Below are positions 54,101-64,000 of a DNA stretch of 64,000 bases, piece by piece. The number at the start of each line of letters is the position of its first letter. Position 1 is the first letter of the stretch. Made by a program: the position numbers and the translations under genes. The notes under the pieces are model-generated. The model ran no database searches and was not told where the DNA came from. It worked only from the letters and a program-made list of their open reading frames with translations. The DNA comes from Schizosaccharomyces osmophilus. Taxonomy: Eukaryota. The stretch lies in the NCBI RefSeq assembly GCF_027921745.1, contig NC_079240.1:620001-684000 (forward strand). Direction: 5' to 3'.

Positions 54101-55855
54101 TCTAACAAAGAGCTAAGTAATCAATTTTGTAAAGAATACATTGGGTTATTTAGCGTTTTGGCTAAAAAGATTGATGTTAATAATGTCCCTCTGAACGAAG
54201 TTGAAGAATGGTGTACGTTCGTCTTTGAAATGAATGAAAAATTTATTCTTGAAAATCCATCAATACTTGCTACTGCGTTCCCTGTGGTTTCTCTAGGCAG
54301 AGTGAGACCCTCCTTGATCGACGAAACTATGGCAAAACTTTCGGAGGATTATCTACCGTATGAAATTTTTGAGCTTTTGAAGATCGTTGCATCAAAACAC
54401 GAAATTATTTCATCAAAAGCTCCGAATGTATGTTCAACTATAATGTTATTGTTGACTCGTGTCTTTTCAAATAACGATGAATTGGATAATAACGTGTTTT
54501 CCTTCATTGATAGCTTTGGTGTTTATTTAATTGACAGTTCAGTTAGTGTGGAGAAGGGAATAAGCAAGACAGTTATAGACAACTTTTTGGAATCAGCTTT
54601 GAGACATCTTCAAAGCAAATCAGTTTTGGAATTCATCCTTAAAGTCTTATTTTCTATACCATCGGAACAATGCAATTCCTCAAAAGTTCTGCAAATGATA
54701 TTAGCAAATGAGAGCAATCCTTTGTTATCGGAACGTTCTTCTAGTATCGATAAGTCACTTGTTGCTGCTATTATTTGTAAGCTTACAATAATGGGCAACA
54801 ATTATTCATTATCGATTATGGATCAGATCATTCAATTATGTAAAGGCAGATACACTCTCCATGATTCGATTCTCTGCGAGCTTCTTCGATATATGGAAGA
54901 AAGACTCAATGTCAGCGCCGCCAGTCGTTACAAAGGTTGGGTTATCACGAATGATGAGGACGTAATAGCAATGTCCCTAAAGGATAAATCATCGGTGTTG
55001 GAGCCACGTATGGCTTTGGAAAGTATTCATCATTATCCTTCAGATTATATACCAATTCAGCTTGACTCGTTTCAGGATTTGAATGTCTGTCAAAAGCTTT
55101 TGAAGACGTCAGAGTTCGAGTGGAATGAAAAAATCTATCATCCGGTATTTGCATTGGGTATTGTTGCGGCATTATACCATACAAATCCAGAAGTCTCTAA
55201 TATGCAAGTTATATTGCAACAACATTTTCTGGGATTAATAATAATGGGCCTTTCATTGCACAATGATCAACTAAGAGCTGCTTCTTTTCATTTCATTCAG
55301 CATTTTCTTCTGGGGCTAGAAGATCAAAAGCTTCGCGAAAGGCACTTGGTTAAACTAGCACTTTCAAGTGTAATCGTCAATGTGTCTACTCCTAGTCAAA
55401 GATTGAGCACATTAATGGCTAACTTTTATGCTCAGAGTGTAAGTATAATTATGCGGCCCTCACATCACATGTTTTTGGGTATCAATCGTTATTTCTTGCA
55501 AAGGCAGCACATAGACATTACGGACATTCCTATGTTTTATGAACTGTTATATCCTTCTTCCGATTACACGAAATGTCTTTCTTGGCTATTATCGTTATTG
55601 TTGGCGGGTTTACAAAAAGGAGAAGATTTGAAGCTCTACCTTCGTCGCCATGTATTCGAAACAATATCCACATTGTATGAATCTTGTGTGGTGAATAGAG
55701 AGATACAGGAAGCAATTTCGGAGATTCTTTTGAGGGTGGACGCACTAGGTGCTGGTGCTATTTTAAAAAAGCATAATGCTGTGTATTCTTTACTGCAATT
55801 ACTTCCGCATCAATATTTGTTGCAGTCCAAATCATTTAACACAGCAGAAGCTTAA
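51126..55855 (+). CDS. urb1: Ribosome biogenesis protein Urb1/Npa1, ~1562 aa; exons 51126-51156, 51198-55855
   Basis: Very long helical ORF with C-terminal YHPVF, IPMFY and YLRRHVFE motifs typical of Npa1/URB1. Short intron GTTCGT..TACTAAT..TAG 51157-51197. Confidence 0.85.
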
Positions 55856-56168
55856 AATGGAAGGGAAAAAAGAAAAAAACCCCTAGAATTAAAAATCAAT
55901 TTGTTATGGGAATCCGGTTTACGTACACAATAGAACTTGAATTAACATATTCTTGACGAAGGATAAAAGGAAAGATATGGGAAAATTTATTATAGAATTA
56001 CAAACGTCGAATAATATTCATGTAACCATAGAGAAATCAATTTGGGACAAACTAATGTATGTGCTTAATTTTATCATTATAAAGTAACAAATATGGCCAA
56101 AAGGAAACAGGAAGGGAACGTATGGGAGAAGGAAAAGAATGAAGGATCATAAAAGTGCAAAAAGCTTT

Positions 56169-56725
56169 TTACAGACCATAACGAGTAGCCACTTCGTTTT
56201 GAAAAGTCATTTCCATTGGAGCTTGACCAGTGTAAATATCGGTTTCATCTAAGCAGGCTTCACGGTTGGCGAGAATGTCTGCATGAAAGTTGCTAGGTCC
56301 ACCCAAGGCCATAGGTCTGACACTCTAAAAGAAAAATTAGCAAACCAAATTTCTTATGTAGCTAAAGCAAATGTTGATCCCAGAATTCGAATAAAGATTA
56401 CTAAAAAATTTAAACTGGTTGTAGATTCCAATGTAGGTCTTTAGGACATCCTTCTAGAACTAAGGATGCAAACATTGCATTATTTACTTACCTGAGTTGA
56501 CAAACGCAACTCCATTTCACGACGAACAGGTTCATGCAAGCCATAAATACGACGCATACTATCCAAACGAACTTGTCGTTGTTGGGCTTCCCAATTGGCA
56601 AGGCGGTTTTCCAAAGGATGCTTACTCTCCAATTCGTTAACTCTAGGGCCGTGGGGGCTTAAAACAGACAGTTTGTAATCCCCAGAAACCTTGGAGGGTA
56701 CGTTTGAATCAGGAATAATCTGCAT
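56169..56725 (-). CDS. ump1: Proteasome maturation factor Ump1, 129 aa; exons 56725-56492, 56324-56169
   Basis: HPLENRL, RRIYGLHEPVRREME, FHADIL. Intron GTAAGT..GCTAAT..TAG 56491-56325. Confidence 0.92.
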
Positions 56726-57000
56726 AGTCAAATCCTTTGATTATATAATGGTTTTTTAAACAGCTCGATGGTGGTGGTTATTAGAGAAGTTCACCTACTA
56801 TGGTGTTGGAGTATTCAGGAAGTGATGTTACTTGTTGATGATGCTTGTTACTTGGCTTCTGTTGGGCACCACCCTTCCTGCGTATGAACATGAAAAGAAA
56901 CCTTGACACAAACAGATAAAGAAGAACTTGGCCACAACCACTATAGAGACGAATTTCAAATAGAGCATTTGGAAAAAGAAAGGGGAAAGGAGACATCACA

Positions 57001-58818
57001 ATGTCTCAAGTGATTCAGTATTCTGAAGCGGATTTGTTGTATCTGTCTAAATCGCCGCTTATAAAAAAACCGGAAAATTTACCAGAATGGATACTGTATG
57101 TAGTTATTTGAGGAGTGTATAGAAGGAATTATCTATATATACAAATGAGTAATTCTAGGATTGTGTTAACGCATATGTAGTCCAGAGGCTATGAAAGCTG
57201 ATCGCGAGCGACACATTCGGCAGGAAAAGGAAATGAAAAAGTATGAATGCAATTCTGGATGGTGTAAATATTGAATTGTTATTTGCTATCCGTAAGATTG
57301 ATACGGTTATGGCTAACAAAAGTTTTCGCAGTAAACATGATGATGAAGGAAGACAGATTCAATCCGACCGAAAATATGCCAAATCAAGTAAGTTTGATCT
57401 TTTTTTGGGATGGTGATGGGTGAGAAGTGGTGAACACAGCCATGTCTCTGATGTATCCATCCTTTTTCTTTCCTTAGTGGGACAAGCTAAGCTAACCCGT
57501 AGAACACGAAGATATCATACTTGGGCCTCCAAAACTCAGTTTTGCAAGCAGCAATGAAAATGGCCGCTCTATTGGTCGTCATGAAGACTTATTATCTTTA
57601 GGAAACGTTTACAATGGATCTGCATCGGTGCGCCATCGAAACGGAATGCCAGGTCATGCATCATCAAAAAATGCTCCTTTAAACAATATGGGATCGACGT
57701 CGTCAGCTTGGACAAGTCTAAACAAGCATGGGCGTAAAAAAGACTTTGATCGTCGTGATGATAATGAAGGATTAGAGCGATTATCAAAACAAAGAGCCGG
57801 TGCCAATGCTACAAGTCCTATGATTCCCAATACTACTGAAGAATTTGAAGTCTGGAAGCGTATGATGAAAGCTAACTCGGCTGAGGCACCCATTACTTCG
57901 GGAATGCCTGCTGTTGCTCATGTGGCTTCACAAAAGCCTGTTCCTTCCATTTCAAGAGCTGCTTCGGGTTCCGGTTCTTCCTTTTCTGCCCGTGCAAACG
58001 TTAGCGTTGACTCTCTTTTCGGAAAGCGCCCGGCTGTCCCATCTGTTGCATCTGTTGCCCCGCCAGTTGGAACTCCTGTTGGTACACCTCCACGGTTTGC
58101 TTCTCCTGCTCTTGGGTTGGAAACGGCGGCCCATGTTGCTCCTTCTACTACTTCATCGAGATTCAGCAAGTTCTTCAACGGGCTAGGCGGTCCTGAAACA
58201 TCAAAACAATCGACGCCATCAGTATCCCGCACGGCCTCTCCAAAAGTGAATAATGCCCCAGCTGCCCCTTCAGCTATCCATGATAAAGATGCAGAGGGAT
58301 TTCAACGTGTCCTTGCAATGCTAGGACGTCAAACTTCTAGTGCATCTGCCTCGCCTAAAGTTCCCATGGCTCAGTCATCTGCTACGTCCAATTCTCCTGG
58401 TATTAACCATGCCAACCCCGGTGCTATGTTTACAATGTCTTCTCTCGCTTCTCCTGCTGCTTCTGTCGCACCTCCTCCGGGATTAAGCAGTCATGCACTC
58501 TCTACTGAAGATGCTTCGTTTTTCCGTTCTCTTATTCATTCTGATGCCAGGCCTGCTGTTCCTCCACCTCCCGGTTTTTCCACAAATAATGTGGGTTCCC
58601 CTGATGAAAATGTTTCCAATCCCCTTCCAGGTCTTTACAATCATTATCCTATGGGACCTGCACCACCGATGAGCTCTGTACCGGCCCCAGCTCCTCCCCC
58701 TGGTTTCGGGTTTCAGCAGCCTCCGCTCCCATATTCGCCAGGTTTTTCTCCAAGCATGTACGGTCACCCACGTATGTCAGGCCATCCTCTCCCTGACCTT
58801 TCGAAAACTACACACTAG
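57001..58818 (+). CDS. Uncharacterised Pro/Ser-rich protein with an N-terminal eIF4E-binding-type motif, ~508 aa; exons 57001-57095, 57181-57240, 57332-57387, 57503-58818
   Basis: Three introns (GTATGT..TAG, GTATGA..GCTAAC..CAG, GTAAGT..GCTAAC..TAG) join ATG 57001 in frame to the 57628 ORF. Motifs YSEADLL and PPPG(L/F) x3. Confidence 0.85.
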
Positions 58819-59627
58819 ACCTTTTTTAATGATAAAGGAAGTCTGCAGAGTTAGATGTTGTTAATGAAGTTGTAAAGGAAGGTTTTATATGGATAATATA
58901 TGAAGGTATTATAGGAAATTATCTAAGCAATGAAATCTGCACATGTCTGAAGTATGCTGAAATTCTAGTAGATTACTGCTGGTTTCCTCTTAGTGTAACG
59001 AAATGATTACTTTATTTGTATAAATTAGCAGATGAAATGAGAATATATGCGATTATTGACTCACTTCTTGTAGTCGAGTAGACAAGAAAGTATCATCCAC
59101 AAAACCTGTGTAAATATGTCATGAAGTTTCAAATGTTTCTTCCCTTTTCATGCATTGTTGTTAGTCAAGACTGTGGGAAGCGGGAGAGCAAGAGGATGGA
59201 AGAAATACTTCTTATTTGTATTTTACACACAACTTTCTTAACGTTTCATCCGTTTTTTATTTTTTTTAGTGTTTTATTGAAGATTAAATCACGATGGATG
59301 TTGCTATTTTCGAATAACTTGTAAAGCAAACCAACCATTGAGTATGGAAAAGCTAATGTTTAAATACCAATTAAGAATCAAATTACAATTCCCCTTTACG
59401 CGAGGAGAAAAAAATAAGGTAGAAGTAATAGATGCAGAGTTCAACTTACATTTCATTTGCTTAAAAAAGGTATGAATGTATAATTTTATTTATTTATTTA
59501 CTAGTGTATTCCGAGGAAAAGTGCTATTATATTTGTATACACCGGTAACGGAACGAAAGCGACTCGGCTATTATATGCCAATGTTTACTAGGGTTTTATT
59601 GAAAGACGCTACCAACACTTGAGTTAG

Positions 59628-61766
59628 ATGCAAAAACAACCTGAAACAGAACCAATTCATCATGTTCAGTGGTTCTATTTATCCAATTTTGACCTTTACG
59701 ATGAAACTTCCTCCATGGAAACGCCTGAGCCGCAGCGCTGGCGTAAATTTTTGAATCATGACAATTGCGCGTTGGAAGCAAAAGATGAAGAAATTAACAC
59801 TGCGAGCATTCAGCAAGAACCTAATCAAAAAAATGTAAGAAGAGCCACATGCAATGTTTACTAACAACCAGATAATTGTGGGAGTATCGGCTTTACATGT
59901 TGTGAATTTACCAACGCTGACACTGAAACCCTTGTACTGGCCTAGTAGCCGAAGAAATGATACTCTTCGTGTTGTCCGTGGGTTGTGGATGTATGAGGAT
60001 ACTGGGTTGCCAGTGATCGACGAATTGGCAGAAATTTTGGAAGAAGGGTATCAGCGGATCAAGCCATATAAGATAAATTGGGACAAACTAGAAAGTGATT
60101 TGGAAGATGAAAATCAAGAGAGATCAAGTATTTTCTCTTCTGGAAGACGGAAGCCTTCCAAGGATGCGATAAGCCATATGCGATGGCCATTGAAACCTCC
60201 GTCTTCTGGAAAATATGTCTTATATGAAGATGGATATCGAGCACTCTTATGCCAAGGAGGGTTGCTTTCTTATTTTTCGAAAGGAACACAATCGCAGCGC
60301 ACCGGTTTGAAAGGAATTCCGGTAATTCGAGACTTTCCTATGAAAGAAGATGATGGTTTTCGCGGTTTAAAGCAGGTAACTGATCTCTTTTTGGTTGTTC
60401 ACGGAATTGGTCAGAAAAGATCTGAAACTGGTAAGAAAATTTTTATTTACGCATGTACTGTTTACTAATATTACTTTTGCAAAAGAGGAACGCTATCAAT
60501 TTACCAAAACATGTAATATTTTCCGATCATTGATTCAAAAACAAAAATTAATTATGAAACAAAATCCTTTATTAAGAGACGATTATGAACCTCAATTGTT
60601 GCCCATCTGCTGGAGGAACAAGCTTAATTTTGATTCGTTTTTTCAGGTTACTGAGGATGATGAAAACAGCGACGACGTCGATGGGAATAGGTTTCACATC
60701 GAAGATATTGAAATTGACAGTATACCAACCGTTCGCCGCCTTTTTGGGGATGTAATGAGTGATATACCTTATTATATGTCTCATCATAAAGAATCTATCA
60801 TTCGCTCTGTCATTCAAGAAGCAAATCGAGTCTATAGTTTATGGATAGACTGCAATCCTTATTTCAAAGAAAACAAAGGAAGAATTTTTATCATTGGTCA
60901 TTCTCTAGGTGCTACCGTCGTGTTTGACATTTTATCACTTCAACCTACGTTTGTAAAAGAGCTGAGTCCCGAAGTAGAAGACGATAAGTTTTTCAAGTTT
61001 GACACAAATGGATTTTTCTGCTTTGGGGGACCTATAGGGTTTTTTCTTTTACTGAATCAAAAAAGCATAATCCCTAGGAAAGGACGGGGATCTAGCCATT
61101 CTGCTGATAATGCAAAATTTACAAGTAAGAATGTTCCAAATTCTTATGCATATGCTGGCAATGATCGTTATGGGTGTTTAGCAGTGGATACTTTTTACAA
61201 CGTTTTCAACTTTCTCGATCGTACGTGTTACTATTCTAACTGTTTTTCTTATTAACTAACTTAAAATAGCTATAGCCATGCGCTTGAATCCTACAGTGGA
61301 CGTCAATTATTCGAAAGGTATCCTTCCAACTAGACTCATGTATTCTCGAAAACCGTCAAGCATTTTAAGAGTTGTTTCTCGGCCCAATGACGCACCCATT
61401 CGGCTGGTTAGTTATCAACAAGCACTAAATCAATTGAAATCTGACGAAAATGAAAGTTCATCTGTACTAATGGATGCTGAACAAGATGTTGAACTTCAAA
61501 CTCGAAATTTCAAGCATGAAGAGCGAGCAAAATGGAGGATGCAAGAGTTAAACGAGAATGGCCAAATCGATTATGTCTTTACGAGTCAAAAAGGTATTAT
61601 TTCAAACAAATATTTGACGATGTTATCCGCCCATACCAGTTACTGGAATAATGAAGACTTGGTCTGTTTTTTGGTTGTTGAAACAGCCCGAAATTTTGGA
61701 ATTGCTAATTCCGTAGAACAATTCCGAGGAAAGCGTATACTTCAAAATAATACTTCCTTACAATAA
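59628..61766 (+). CDS. DDHD-family phospholipase A1, ~665 aa; exons 59628-59834, 59872-60430, 60486-61220, 61270-61766
   Basis: [26 protein letters not shown] lipase motif, [22 protein letters not shown]. Three GT..CTAA..AG introns. Confidence 0.9.
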
Positions 61767-62274
61767 GGTCTTTGCCACTTAAGCCGGTGGATATAATTTC
61801 GGATTACTTCTTACTTGCTTAGGGTGATGGCAAAGCTTAAGCTGATGTATATCTGGCTCTTATTTTGTTTTGTGATTTCTAGGCATTCTTGATAATCAAG
61901 GATGTCTTTTTGACGATGATTATAAGCAACATTTATCGAATCACCGGTTTCAAATTATGAATGAGGCTTTTCTTTATTTGATAAATGTTTACCATAATGC
62001 CAATATTTATTTAACCAATAATTTCTATTAAATAGATTTAATTTATCAACTTATAACTGCAACAAATAATTTTAGAAAAAGTGACTTGATTATACTTTTC
62101 AATGTTAACAACTCATTAAGAAAAGACACAAACAAAAGTAAAGAATATAAAACTAAAAGTAGTTAACTCTACATCTGAAACGAAAGTTAGACACTCATTG
62201 ACTGGAATGCTTTTAAATGAAAGCATTCCACCAAAGTTTACAAAGACTCTTGCTAATTACAAAAATTGCATATC

Positions 62275-63354
62275 ATGAGCGGTTATGAAAATGCAGATGA
62301 ATTACATGATCTTTTAAGAAAACAAACTACTGGTTTAGTGCATTTGGAAGATTATCGTCGAGTAAAGCAAGGGATAGCTGAAAAAAAAGAAAAGGACGCA
62401 CTTTCACAAACAAATCAAAAGATGTATGAGTAAACAGCCAAATTAAATTCTTCGTAAACTATCAAGATGTGCTAACATAGTCTAGCAAAAAGAAAAAGGG
62501 TGTCTTGGGCAAAAATGCGAAAAAACAATTTCAATTGAATAAGGGCAAATTGTCATTTGGGCAGGAAGAAAATGAAGAAGAAACGGGCGACGGATTAAAA
62601 GAAATAATTATAAAGAAGAAACATCTTGGGAAGGATCCTACTGTTAATACTTCATTTTTGCCAGATGCTGAAAGGGAAGCTTTAGAAGAAGCAAAGAGAA
62701 AAGAATACCGGAAACAGTGGTTAGAAGAACAAGAAAGAATCAAAGAGGAAGAAATCTTAATTCCTTTTTTGTTCTATGAAGGTTCCACTACTCGGTATAG
62801 TGTTAAGATTCGTTTGAAAGATTCAGTTGGCCATATACTATCGAATATGAAAGATCAAATCCCCAGTTTAAAACGCGTTTTGGATATGGACAAGCTCCTT
62901 TTAGTACAATCTGATTTAATTATTCCTCATGTACGTCAATTGACTAAATGCAGCTCGTTAACTTTTACAATATAGCATCACGAATTGTACTACTTTTATT
63001 TGAACAAAGTCCAAGGGCCCAACGGGTTGCTTTTCGAATTTGACTCTTTGCGATGCCAAAATTCAGAAATGGCAGCAACTCTGCAATTACCAGAAGTACG
63101 TATAAGCAATAATTGAATCTGAACTTTGAATCGTTTTGACTAATCTACTATAGAAAAAAATCCCTCATTTAATTCTCAAGTCGTTTTATATGGAATATAG
63201 ACATGTTTTTCCCTGCAACTGCTGGGAGATGTTTGATTCTAGAAAAGACGTAAGATCAATGGCTTCCTTTGAACGATTTTACTAATACATTTAGTATGCT
63301 TCGCAAAAAACAAAGGTCAATCCAAATGCTGCCTTGTTTTACAGAACAGAATGA
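62275..63354 (+). CDS. xap5: XAP5/FAM50-family nuclear protein, 289 aa; exons 62275-62423, 62486-62930, 62976-63095, 63154-63249, 63295-63354
   Basis: TTGLVHLEDY, KLSF, LGKDPTVNTSFLPDAERE, DLIIPH/H, RHVFPCNCWEMFD. Four introns keep the frame. Confidence 0.9.
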
Positions 63355-64000
63355 GGACTTTACGTATGAAGAAGATAAAGTTCCTTTTTAAGTAAACTAT
63401 TATTTATTGTGATTTTCTTGCGCTATATGCATAAAGCATCGGGCCGTTGAAGGATGGGGTAAAATCAAAACTAAATGAATTTATTGAAAGATCCCTGGAA
63501 CGAATAAACATAAACTAGATGGTACGAATGCTTCTAATTGAAATTGATAAAATGCGGTAAGTGCTTTCAATTGCTACATGAATTCTTGTAATGAGTAAGT
63601 ATGTGGATCCAGTTATAGAACGACCATCAATGAATTCTCTTGGTATTTCTGTTTGACCAAAACACATGACGAGCTTTTTGTGTTGATGAACCTGGCATAT
63701 CCTAGTCAAATGAAACAGAAATAAGATGAAGGAACAGTGAAAGGACTAGATCGAGTTACATTCAAATTAGAGCCGTAAAAACGACTGTTAGCTCTTGTAT
63801 TCATGATAATTTAACAAAAAAAAACGTGGTAAGCAACCCTTGATCAAAAAACCTTCGACATCCAGGACCGTATATTTTCTTTCAAGCCCAGCGATAAAAG
63901 GAAATACGTTATATAGTCAGAAATATTAGAATTAAATACTTACAGTCTTTTTATTCTTATAAACGCTTATCCGAAAGTCTTACGCTAGTGTGACTTTTGC

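Noticed and set aside
63515..63709. 64-aa minus-strand ORF after xap5
   Set aside because: Non-ATG start, no recognisable domain and no consistent spliced model within the window.
1..64000. LTR retrotransposon, wtf gene, rRNA or CRISPR array
   Set aside because: No LTR pair, RT/integrase/transposase motifs, rRNA-like sequence or regular repeat-spacer structure seen by eye; a degenerate solo LTR could have been missed.

Overview
Gene-dense, intron-containing fungal DNA from a fission yeast (Schizosaccharomyces). The proteins resemble but are not identical to my recollection of S. pombe, so a sister species such as S. octosporus, S. cryophilus or S. osmophilus is likely (inference). Gene order follows the S. 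pombe chromosome III block as I recall it: sts5 (5'-truncated), dpb3, 6-phosphogluconolactonase, pef1, naa20, rpl12, sfc4, rml2, an NCBP3-like gene, mug123, taf6, tRNA-Thr(AGU), vps5, xks1, bfr1, wee1, rsm18, a ThiD-like kinase, dom34, nup61, ism1, thc1-like, tex1, cds1, cab5, urb1, ump1, an uncharacterised Pro/Ser-rich gene, a DDHD phospholipase and xap5. I rebuilt the spliced models by hand from GT..branch..AG signals and frame continuity; several exons and dpb3 itself are missing from the ORF track. I saw no transposon, CRISPR array or rRNA. The best leads are: (1) the 57001-58818 protein carries an eIF4E-binding YxxxxLL motif in a hidden first exon plus three PPPG(F/L) motifs, making it an Eap1/4E-T-like repressor candidate; (2) a strongly pyrimidine-skewed wee1 leader with an overlapping uORF; (3) a ThiD-like kinase with many catalytic motifs substituted; (4) a possible structured ncRNA near 16047-16311; (5) a stop-free in-frame intron in the NCBP3-like gene. 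Gene names rest on motif recognition and recalled synteny, not on database searches.
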